This document shows, in pieces, positions 35,768 through 43,842 of a stretch of DNA of 64,000 nucleotides. Where the stretch lies: contig MWCX01000088.1 in assembly GCA_002070265.1 (NCBI GenBank), positions 34,389 to 98,388 on the forward strand, in the 5' to 3' direction. A program made the position numbers and the translations under genes. Source of the stretch: Bacteroidetes bacterium ADurb.Bin174. Lineage in GTDB: Bacteria; Bacteroidota; Bacteroidia; Bacteroidales; Paludibacteraceae. Below the pieces are notes generated by a model, which ran no database searches, was not told the origin of the DNA, and saw nothing but the letters and a program-made list of their open reading frames with translations. Numbering within the stretch: the stretch's first letter is position 1; the number at the start of each line of letters is the position of its first letter.

Positions 35768-36223
35768 ATGGAAAAAATTGATCAATTAGATCGTAAAATT
35801 TTACGTATCATCAGCCAAAATGCACGCATGCCTTTTAAGGATGTGGCAGAATTGTGTGGAGTATCCCGCGCAGCCATCCATCAGCGTGTGCAACGCATGA
35901 TAGACTTGAACGTGATTACCGGATCAGGCTATACAGTGAATCCCAAAATGCTGGGATACAATATCTGCGTGTATATCGGTATTGCGCTTGAGCGCGGTTC
36001 TATGTATAAGGCAGTAGTAAGCGAATTGGAAAAAATTCCCGAGGTTGTTGAATCTCAATATACCTTAGGAGCTTACACCATTCTTATCAAGCTTTACGCA
36101 AAGAACGACGAGCACTTGATGGAGTTGCTGAACGGGAAAATACAGGAAATTCCGGGCGTTGTTTCAACGGAAACTTTGACTTCTTTGGATCAACGCATCC
36201 GGAGAACCCTGCCGATTGAATGA
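35768..36223 (+). CDS. asnC: Lrp/AsnC family transcriptional regulator
   Basis: IDQLDRKIL...NARMPF HTH plus a C-terminal RAM domain; start taken at MEKID. Confidence 0.88.
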   Translation: MEKIDQLDRKILRIISQNARMPFKDVAELCGVSRAAIHQRVQRMIDLNVITGSGYTVNPKMLGYNICVYIGIALERGSMYKAVVSELEKIPEVVESQYTLGAYTILIKLYAKNDEHLMELLNGKIQEIPGVVSTETLTSLDQRIRRTLPIE

Positions 36224-36261
36224 TCTTTTCAGAATTTATTTTTAACAGTACCAAAAAGACT

Positions 36262-37257
36262 ATGGAGATAGTTGTAAGCGGCATCCGTCCTACAGGAAAC
36301 TTACATCTCGGAAATTATTTCGGGGCATTGAAGAATTTCATCAGCATGCAAAACGAGCATGATTGCTATTTTTTTATTGCTGATTATCATTCTTTAACCA
36401 CCCATCCCACCCCTCATGATTTACACGGCAACGTAAAACAGGTACTGGTTGAATACTTAGCTGCCGGACTAGATCCTGAAAAAGCGACTCTGTACATTCA
36501 AAGTGATGTGCCGGAGACCGCTGAATTGTACCTTTTCCTGAATATGAACGCCTATATAGGCGAACTGGAACGTTGTACTTCTTTCAAAGACAAAATACGA
36601 CAACAACCACAAAACGTAAATGCTGGTCTGTTGACTTACCCAACTTTGATGGCAGCGGACATCATCATCCACAAAGCTACCAAAGTTCCTGTGGGCAAAG
36701 ACCAGGAACAACATTTAGAAATGACCCGCCAGTTTGCCAATCGTTTTAACAGACTGTACAATGTCGATTATTTTCCTGAACCTCAGGCATACAATTTTGG
36801 CAAGTCTTTGGTTAGAATCCCCGGTTTGTTAGGTAGCGGAAAAATGGGCAAATCAGAAGGAGAAGGCAATGCCATCTTTTTGGCTGACGAGCCTGCTGCT
36901 ATCCGCAAAAAGGTTATGCGCGCCGTTACCGACAGCGGGCCGACCATCCCTAACCAGGAAAAGCCGGAAACCATACAAAATCTGTTTCAACTGATGAGCG
37001 TGGTGTCTTCGAAAGATGCGGTCAATCACTTCAACGACCTGTATAACAACTGCCAAATCCGCTATGGCGACATGAAAAAACAGTTGGCGGAAGATATGAT
37101 CCGGTTTACAACTCCCTTCCGTGAAAGAATCAAAGAGTTACTGAGTGACGAGGCTTATATCTCCAAGGTAGCCCGCATGGGAAAAGAAAAAGCCCGGGCC
37201 AGTGCAGCAAAAACTATCCAAGAAGTCAGGGAGATCATTGGGTTTAAGAGTTTTTAG
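36262..37257 (+). CDS. trpS: Tryptophan--tRNA ligase
   Basis: SGIRPTG, HLGN (HIGH-like), YPTLMAAD, VPVGKDQ and KMGKS (KMSKS-like) motifs. Confidence 0.97.
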   Translation: MEIVVSGIRPTGNLHLGNYFGALKNFISMQNEHDCYFFIADYHSLTTHPTPHDLHGNVKQVLVEYLAAGLDPEKATLYIQSDVPETAELYLFLNMNAYIGELERCTSFKDKIRQQPQNVNAGLLTYPTLMAADIIIHKATKVPVGKDQEQHLEMTRQFANRFNRLYNVDYFPEPQAYNFGKSLVRIPGLLGSGKMGKSEGEGNAIFLADEPAAIRKKVMRAVTDSGPTIPNQEKPETIQNLFQLMSVVSSKDAVNHFNDLYNNCQIRYGDMKKQLAEDMIRFTTPFRERIKELLSDEAYISKVARMGKEKARASAAKTIQEVREIIGFKSF

Positions 37258-37486
37258 TTTTAACCTCTGATACGCATAAGCAACCTATATACTGTGCTTC
37301 TTACTTGCAACAAACTTGTTAGTGCACGCATCTACGTTTGCGTCTGTCTAAATGTTTGATAAAGCAATTACACAATAATCACAGTATGAAACCGACACGA
37401 TTAAAATAATCATTACTTTGTGTGTTTAATGATTATTTTAATCGTCAAAGGTTCCATCTGACAACTAAAAATAATAAATAATACAG

Positions 37487-38245
37487 ATGAAAAAACTCCT
37501 TTTTATAATTTGCTTTTGCATCGGTGCATCCGCACTATTTTCTCAAGACCTGAAAAAATTATCACTGAGCTTCTACGGTGGAGCCAAAATTCTCTCACCA
37601 TCTTTGAATGAAGATTGGCCTATACGTCAGGATGTAAGTTATGGCTACTATGGTGACGAATTTAATGCTCAGGTCAACCTGAATGGAGATATTGCTTATT
37701 TTGGTGTTTCTCCCGAATATCTGATCAACAAAAATTGGTCAGTCGGTTCAGGCCTACGATTTTCGAGATACCTGTCATCCATCATAAAAGACGATTATGA
37801 TCGCGGAGGCTTCTTTTTCCTAAGAGTTAGTCAGGAGGATGAAAGAACTGATTTTGCCCGCATCAGAGCTATCAAAGAAAGTTCGAATTATATAGGAATT
37901 CCTTGGGAGGTAAAATACACTCCCCTGGTGCTTCGCTATTTTGATTTGCATGCCAAACTCACTGTAGAACTCGCCTATCGACTGAACACCCATACAGACA
38001 TTGAGTTTAAGGATGAGGCGATGAAAGCTTATCAAAAGGACGTTCTGCGTGATATAGGTGTAAAAGCCAATCCGTGGTTTTCAACCACTTCTTTGTCTGC
38101 AGGAGCAAGGCTGAAATTGTCAAAGCAAGTTTACTTCTCATGTGATTGGGTTGCACCGGCTTTTTACATAACAAAAAACAACTCAAGCCTGGTGAATGTC
38201 AATAATCTCGGGGGATTTCAATTGTCGATAGACTGGGTATTATAA
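37487..38245 (+). CDS. Hypothetical outer-membrane beta-barrel protein (porin family-like)
   Basis: Signal peptide, amphipathic strands, YIGIP motif and a terminal aromatic-type strand LSIDWVL. Confidence 0.6.
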   Translation: MKKLLFIICFCIGASALFSQDLKKLSLSFYGGAKILSPSLNEDWPIRQDVSYGYYGDEFNAQVNLNGDIAYFGVSPEYLINKNWSVGSGLRFSRYLSSIIKDDYDRGGFFFLRVSQEDERTDFARIRAIKESSNYIGIPWEVKYTPLVLRYFDLHAKLTVELAYRLNTHTDIEFKDEAMKAYQKDVLRDIGVKANPWFSTTSLSAGARLKLSKQVYFSCDWVAPAFYITKNNSSLVNVNNLGGFQLSIDWVL

Positions 38246-38264
38246 AATAGTTAAATTAAAAATT

Positions 38265-38876
38265 ATGGAAAAAAGAAGATATATACACTTTGTTGCCCTG
38301 ACTTTGGCTGTTGCAGCAATCATGAGTTCATGCGCATACGACTCATACGAACTTAGCAAAACCGTATTCATACCTGATTATGAAAACCCGGGATTGCCCA
38401 TTTATTCGGAATGGGGATACAATACCTTTGGTATGTACGTCGACCGCTCAACTTTTGTATCAACTGACCATATATTACCAAGCAAGATCATCGTGAACCC
38501 CGATACTTTCAATATCAGATTAAGTGGTATTTACCAAAGTGTCTCTACAACCTTGCTCATTTCAGTGGTCGGTTATGCCCCAAGAGATTATCCTGATTTA
38601 ATCAGTTTGAATGATTCAACCATCAATTTAAGAGACGACAATTGCATCATTACCCTGAGAAAATTCTCCGAAGAAGCCGTTAAGCTTCCTATTATCGAAG
38701 GCTACATCAATTTTAAAAAGGCTCAAAATTTATACGTAGATAAAGAGTTGACCAAAACGATCCTTTCAGGCACCATCCAGTTCAAAACATTTTTCGATGG
38801 CGAACCTGTGGCAATCACGAATGGCCGGTTTGATCTGGGGATAGGATATGAGAATTTTTATTATTATACAAGATAA
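38265..38876 (+). CDS. Hypothetical lipoprotein
   Basis: Lipobox MSSC; beta-rich; ends GRFDLG, as seen in Bacteroidota lipoproteins. Confidence 0.65.
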   Translation: MEKRRYIHFVALTLAVAAIMSSCAYDSYELSKTVFIPDYENPGLPIYSEWGYNTFGMYVDRSTFVSTDHILPSKIIVNPDTFNIRLSGIYQSVSTTLLISVVGYAPRDYPDLISLNDSTINLRDDNCIITLRKFSEEAVKLPIIEGYINFKKAQNLYVDKELTKTILSGTIQFKTFFDGEPVAITNGRFDLGIGYENFYYYTR

Positions 38877-39059
38877 AATCCCCCAGGAACAATAGCACCC
38901 CCTACACTCATTTCGAGTTTACACTCTCAAAGTTTAAACAAATAAGGATATTCGTTTAAATTCAAAAACTGACCCGCTACTTTTTTCAATGAAGTGCAAG
39001 ATACTGCAGGAAGTGAAGACAGCAGCAGTAGAAAAATGGTTTGTTTGTTTGAATTCACG

Positions 39060-39125
39060 ATTTTTACTATGTCTTTGAAGAACAAGCCTTCTTTCGTATT
39101 CTGCCGGTAAGATTTCTATTTGCAT
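39060..39125 (-). pseudogene. Possible 5' remnant of an integron-type tyrosine recombinase
   Basis: MQIEILPAEYERRLVLQRHSKN resembles the L.R.YS.NT start of the IntI/phage-integrase N-terminal SAM-like domain; divergent from the att-like site; the similarity is lost after about 22 codons. Confidence 0.35.
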
Positions 39126-39240
39126 TTTTTATGCTTATGTGAATTTAATCATTTGTAAACGCAAATGATGTTTAATCAATTTAAATTGTTGTATTTAGTT
39201 GATTTATAGGTGCATATAGAATTACTGCTGAAATGATATG

Positions 39241-39307
39241 CGAATGTTATAAATTTTATATTTACGAATGTTTTGTATATTTGTTTCGTAAATTAAACGT
39301 TAGCGGG
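39241..39307 (+). promoter_or_regulatory. attI-like/promoter element ending at the cassette core GTTAGCGGG
   Basis: CGAATGTT direct repeat, TTTACGAA/TTCGTAAA inverted repeat around TATATTTG (-7 box), then GTT at 39299; 56/61 identical to 44463-44523. Confidence 0.6.
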
Positions 39308-39370
39308 TATGCTATGAAAGACAGTGAAGAAAATAATAATCAAACTAAGAATAGACATGTTTAATCGATT

Positions 39371-40654
39371 ATGACAGAAATAGAACTCTTTGCAAAACAT
39401 TATTTTGGGTTAGGATTAAATGTTACTTGCATTAGCAATCGAATCAATGAACACAACTTCTATTGCAGAAATATCCTCAAAACTCCAAACCATAAATGGA
39501 AACATCTTTTTACTCAAAGACAACTACAAACAGAATTTCAAAAATACGAGTGGGACTCAGCGACAGGTGTAGGATGTGTTACAGGTTTTCAAGATTTGCG
39601 TGTTATTGATATTGACGGTTGCAATGACTACAACTTTTTAGATGAAGTTTTAGCACTATTAGAATTACCTACGAACTACGAGTGGGTTACTTTATCGGGC
39701 AGTAAAAATGGATTTCACATTTTTATTAGTAGCAATAAATTTTCCTACCTTAACGAAAGTCAAGTTGTAACAACATTCCCTCCTAAGGAAGAATATAAAC
39801 ACAAACTTGAAAAGGTTGAGATACTTTGGAATACCCATGTTGTTTTACCACCATCTATTCACAATTCAGGTAATTCATACAGCTTCATAAATTGCAAGTA
39901 TCCTAAATCACTTCCAAAAGTCGTTAAGCATCGAAAAGTTTCAAGTTTTATTGACAAATATCTGCAAGCTGAAAAAAAAATAATTGGACGAGGTTATGGA
40001 GAAGTTCTATTTGAGTTCATTCCACCCAATATCCCAAGTAACCTTGATGAAGATGATGTTTCACGATTAGAAAACAAAACCATCATTTGTGTTTTGGATA
40101 TTGAAACTGATGGCTTACCAAGAAAAAATTTAGTTTCAATTGAATATCCAAACGTGGTTCAAGTTGCTTGGTTGCTAATGGACACAGACGGTAATATTTT
40201 CAAAAAAGAATCAGACCTAATCAACTATCCCAACATTACTTATACAGAGGCATTTGCCGTGAATCAGATTGACATTAACCTTGTCAAAAGAATAGGTAAA
40301 CAACCCGACGAAGCATATAGGAAACTAATCAGTGATATAAAAATTTCTGATTTCATTGTTGCTCATAATATTGATTTTGATTTACCAATATTACGGAGTC
40401 AATTAAAAAAATATCAAGTGCAAGACCCTTTCAGTAGCAAGAAAACAATTTGCACAATGAAGGAAACAATAGATTATTGTAATATTCCAAACTTTGATGG
40501 ACGAAACAAGTTCCCAAAATTGACTGAACTCTACAAAAAACTATTTGACTACGATATTGAGCAAAAACATAATGCGGAATCAGATGCTTTTCTTACGGCA
40601 AAATGTTTTAAAGAGTTATTGACTAAAGGAATTATTGATTTAGACAATTACTAA
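39371..40654 (+). CDS. Fusion of a bifunctional primase-polymerase (AEP, Prim-Pol) and a DEDDh 3'-5' exonuclease
   Basis: AEP motifs LRVID80ID82, SGSKNGFH116 and VVLPPSIH.SG..Y; exonuclease motifs LD243IE245TDG, AHNIDFD337 and H400NAESD405. Confidence 0.85.
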   Translation: MTEIELFAKHYFGLGLNVTCISNRINEHNFYCRNILKTPNHKWKHLFTQRQLQTEFQKYEWDSATGVGCVTGFQDLRVIDIDGCNDYNFLDEVLALLELPTNYEWVTLSGSKNGFHIFISSNKFSYLNESQVVTTFPPKEEYKHKLEKVEILWNTHVVLPPSIHNSGNSYSFINCKYPKSLPKVVKHRKVSSFIDKYLQAEKKIIGRGYGEVLFEFIPPNIPSNLDEDDVSRLENKTIICVLDIETDGLPRKNLVSIEYPNVVQVAWLLMDTDGNIFKKESDLINYPNITYTEAFAVNQIDINLVKRIGKQPDEAYRKLISDIKISDFIVAHNIDFDLPILRSQLKKYQVQDPFSSKKTICTMKETIDYCNIPNFDGRNKFPKLTELYKKLFDYDIEQKHNAESDAFLTAKCFKELLTKGIIDLDNY

Positions 40655-40685
40655 TATTCAGATAAAAAAATAATTAATTCAACCA

Positions 40686-42206
40686 ATGACATTAGTTGAA
40701 AAACATTTTAAAAAGACAGCAAAACTTGTTAGAGCTATTGACAAGAAAGTTATTGCCGAATGGTTATTGACTGAAGGTTATTTTCCTGAACAGTATGTGT
40801 TGCCACCGTCCTTTTCGGTGACAGACTTTAAACTCAAAACCAAACCTTACAATAAAAACCTCAATGACCCTGCAAGAAGAAAGCTTGTAACTATTTCATA
40901 TCCTAAATCACTTCTGACTTCAAGAGTTTTTGGCATCCAACATCCATTTAACTATCATGACATTGTGTTTCATTTGATAGAAGATTGGAAAATTGTTGTT
41001 GACCACATTTTTCATAATGACCTTAAAATATTCTCATATAGTTTTCCTATACCGGTAAATGCAAAAGCAATTGGGAAGCTAGGCAATCTTCGTTCAGGAA
41101 GAATGATTTATGAATGGGTTGAAATGGCGGAAAAAGATATGGTAGCAGAAGCACATAAATATAATTTTATCATTCGTGCTGACATTACCAATTTTTACAA
41201 TTCAGTTTATACACATAGCATTGGTTGGGCTTTACATGGCAGAGAAAAAGCATTTGCCGACAAGGAGTTTAAACTAACAGGGAATAAAGTTGATAAATTA
41301 ATTCAATATGCTAATGACGCAAGGACCAATGGCATTCCAGTTGGTTCAGCACTCAGCGACCTTATTGCTGAAATAGTTCTTACGAGTATAGACAGAAAAG
41401 TATCTTCAAAACTTAAAACAATTAACTTTGTTGGCAGTCGCTTTAAAGATGATTACAGAATTTTATGCAACAGTGAAGATGAAGCTAAAAAAATTCTCAA
41501 AGTGCTTTCAGACGAATTGGTTGAATTTAATTTGCTAATAAACGAACACAAGACAAAGGTTCTTACACTTCCAGACGGACTTTACAGACAACATGATAGA
41601 GAATATCACAATTATTCTCTGAAAGACAAGGAAGCTATACCTTTTAAAACTTTTGAATTAACTCTTTTAAAAGCACTTGACATTCATAAAGCTTACCCAG
41701 GGACAAGTATTCTTGAAAAGTTTTTCTCTGAATTATACGACAACGACAGCAAGCTCAAAATTCAATTTTCAGCTGACAATAACGCAAGGAATAAACAAAT
41801 TTTGAAAGCAATGAGTCTGCTAATGTTGGTTAAACGAGAATCAGAAAAAACTCTGTGTCATGTATTAGCAATCTGTGAAGAGATTTATATAAAATATCGG
41901 TCTCCGAAATTGAAAGAAAAGTTGAAATATTTAATTGAATCTGAGATTGTTAAAGCATCAAACAAAAAATCAGCATTTGAACTAGTTTGGTTAGTATTTT
42001 TTTCTCGTTATCTATCTCTTGGACTAACGACCTTTTCAAAAATGATTGATAAGGAACTAATGGAAACAGCATTTTTAAAATCAGTAATTTCAAGTGAGCA
42101 AAAGTTCTTTAATGACTCAAAGCAAAAACTATTTTTGAAACCCAAAGATTGTAAAACAAAAACTTTATCAAAACGACTTGCAGTATTCGACAGAAATAAG
42201 GAATAG
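40686..42206 (+). CDS. Abi/UG-type (defence-associated) reverse transcriptase with a helical C-terminal extension
   Basis: GYFP..LPP.F, YPK...R, AD166ITNFYNSVYTHSIGWA, GIPVGSALSDLIAE, RFKD255D256Y and L.IN..KT; about 210-aa helical tail. Confidence 0.9.
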   Translation: MTLVEKHFKKTAKLVRAIDKKVIAEWLLTEGYFPEQYVLPPSFSVTDFKLKTKPYNKNLNDPARRKLVTISYPKSLLTSRVFGIQHPFNYHDIVFHLIEDWKIVVDHIFHNDLKIFSYSFPIPVNAKAIGKLGNLRSGRMIYEWVEMAEKDMVAEAHKYNFIIRADITNFYNSVYTHSIGWALHGREKAFADKEFKLTGNKVDKLIQYANDARTNGIPVGSALSDLIAEIVLTSIDRKVSSKLKTINFVGSRFKDDYRILCNSEDEAKKILKVLSDELVEFNLLINEHKTKVLTLPDGLYRQHDREYHNYSLKDKEAIPFKTFELTLLKALDIHKAYPGTSILEKFFSELYDNDSKLKIQFSADNNARNKQILKAMSLLMLVKRESEKTLCHVLAICEEIYIKYRSPKLKEKLKYLIESEIVKASNKKSAFELVWLVFFSRYLSLGLTTFSKMIDKELMETAFLKSVISSEQKFFNDSKQKLFLKPKDCKTKTLSKRLAVFDRNKE

Positions 42207-42219
42207 ACAAGAAGCACGA

Positions 42220-42353
42220 CCCGCTAACAGGCGTTTGGCTCAATGGCGGGTGACGTGGTTAATTGAACATACTTACTCGCATCAACTTTTGTGGTGTATT
42301 GACAGTTTTGCACTCCGAAATCCGCCACTGCGCCAAGCGCCAAAACGGTAAAT
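42220..42353 (+). mobile_element. attC-like recombination site closing the Prim-Pol/RT cassette
   Basis: CCCGCTAAC lies 13 nt after the RT stop and is the exact reverse complement of 39299-39307; 20-nt arms 42230-42249 and 42322-42341 have 3 mismatches; the end GGTAAAT is one change from GTTRRRY. Confidence 0.7.
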
Positions 42354-42429
42354 GCCATGCGGTCATTTTAACAAAAAGAAAAATTTGTATTTTTACTAAA
42401 ACCATCAAATAAGAACAAACAAATTTTTT

Positions 42430-42617
42430 TATGCCGCACGGTATTTACCCCAAACCATTGGGTGCAAGTATAGCAAAACCTACCAACGAAAGCGATTGGT
42501 AGCCATAAGAGTAATAGCAGTACGACAACCCTTGACAACGCAAAATTCACGAAATCAGAACCCTTGCAGAGTAACTGGATAAAGAGCTTGCAAAAGTCGA
42601 GAAGAAATATGCATTAA
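42430..42617 (+). pseudogene. Decayed small ORF (possible second cassette gene)
   Basis: Protein-like fragments in different frames (HWVQV*QNLP, RLVAIRVIA, QRKIHEIRTLAE*LDKELAKVEKKYA) separated by stops and frameshifts. Confidence 0.3.
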
Positions 42618-42619
42618 TC

Positions 42620-42660
42620 CATCATCAAGTGGGAAAAACCCACTTGATGATGTTGTTTTT
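42620..42660 (+). terminator. Intrinsic terminator
   Basis: Perfect 14-bp stem catcatcaagtggg/cccacttgatgatg followed by a T-rich tail. Confidence 0.85.
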
Positions 42661-42725
42661 TAGATTAAAATGTTATTTTAATTCTTTTTTTATGCAATTT
42701 TGCGGAAAATTAGAAGTAAATAAAA

Positions 42726-42911
42726 ATGAAATTTTGGCAATTAAGAAATCAATTTTACGACTTGATATGTTTCAATATAAATCAAGTTTATGCGTGGCAA
42801 CCTGGTTTTGATAAAAACAATCTCACTCGTTGGGTAAAACAAAATTTGCTCGTAAAATTGCGTAATTCGTGGTATAGTTTCCCGGATTATGTAAAGATGT
42901 CTGTCTCATAA
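42726..42911 (+). pseudogene. Truncated AbiEi-like (type IV TA antitoxin) N-terminal winged-helix gene, cut by a MITE
   Basis: CFNINQVYAWQPGFDKNNLTRWVKQNLLVKLRNSWY resembles the AbiEi N-terminal HTH; the stop TAA is supplied by the inserted GTCTCATAA end. Confidence 0.55.
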
Positions 42912-43006
42912 GTGCCCAACTGCTGTGCTTCGACTTCGCTCAGCAACCACGTTACTTTCGATGGTTGCTGAGCCTGTTGAAGCACGGGCTCAGTCACATA
43001 CTTCAA
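42902..43006. mobile_element. MITE-like copy carrying a nested REP-like palindrome
   Basis: tgtctcataagtgcccaactgctg...cgggctcagtcacatacttcaa aligns with the reverse complement of about 18503-18563; extra arms at 42926-42949 and 42963-42984. Confidence 0.75.
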
Positions 43007-43165
43007 AGAAATACCACATCTTTACTTTCAAACTAAGGTTTCATTGGATTCATTTCAGCATGTGACGCACGGCATGACCCTCCACCATCATATCCATACC
43101 ACCGCTGTTACCGCTACTTGAGCTTGGTTGACCCTCGCCGTACAGAATTCTACGGCACATATTCT

Positions 43166-43465
43166 TTACATCAATAACACGCCGCTGATTTTTGAGACGA
43201 ACAGCACCAAATAGATCAACAGACCCGTTATAATGATTATGGTGAAAATCGCGAACACTAGCCCCAGGCAGCCCCATTTACGTTTCCCGTCGGGGAGTTT
43301 GTCAAACAAAAGCGTTATCAATAACCCTATGAATGGAGTAGTCAATATTGAAAACAGATAGGACCATCCGAAACCTATCTTCCTACGCGCTCCCACCAGG
43401 CCTACCAACACTGAAATCAGCGAAAAAGATATAACACCAAATATCAAAAGAGTAGCAGTTATCAT
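43166..43465 (-). CDS. Small hypothetical membrane protein
   Basis: 99 aa with three hydrophobic segments; G.RRKIGFGWS motif; ATG start. Confidence 0.65.
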   Translation of the reverse strand: MITATLLIFGVISFSLISVLVGLVGARRKIGFGWSYLFSILTTPFIGLLITLLFDKLPDGKRKWGCLGLVFAIFTIIIITGLLIYLVLFVSKISGVLLM

Positions 43466-43598
43466 GAGTACAATGTTTTATCAACCGCGTAAAAATACAT
43501 ATTTTTTCAAAAAATACTGTCTTTACTGCGTTATAAAAGAATATACTTTTAAAACAGACAGGGCAATCTCAACACAAATATTCAACTAAAAATAATAA

Positions 43599-43727
43599 GG
43601 TGTCTCAAAAGTGTCCATATGTGAGACTCTAAGATTGAGGACTGTAGAGGAAGACTTGCGCGTCTGCCCTCGGTGACTGAGCTCAAATATCGAAAGTAAC
43701 GAAGCAGTTGGGCGCTTATGAGACACC
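43599..43727. mobile_element. MITE-like element with 13-bp terminal inverted repeats
   Basis: GGTGTCTCAAAAG ... CTTATGAGACACC (1 mismatch); interior homologous to 18447-18565. Confidence 0.8.
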
Positions 43728-43842
43728 GACCAATACCGACAGAAATGCAACAAAAACATGAAAAAGCAATGACAAGTTTCGGAAAAAAGATACTTATCTT
43801 GGAAGAAACATTAACTTTGCGCCTGGATTAAATATCAAAATA

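Noticed and set aside
39316-39366. Tiny ORF MKDSEENNNQTKNRHV* at the cassette start
   Set aside because: Too short and low-complexity to support; noted only as a possible translational-coupling leader.
39371-42353. RT as a retron, group II intron, DGR or CRISPR-associated RT
   Set aside because: No msr/msd-sized region with a1/a2 repeats, no VTG or maturase motifs, no TR/VR pair, and no cas1 or array; the motifs fit the Abi/UG class instead.
43050-43277. 75-aa ORF or structured RNA downstream of the small membrane gene
   Set aside because: It overlaps the better-supported 43166-43465 gene in another frame, and the only hairpin (43137-43156) has a 6-bp stem.
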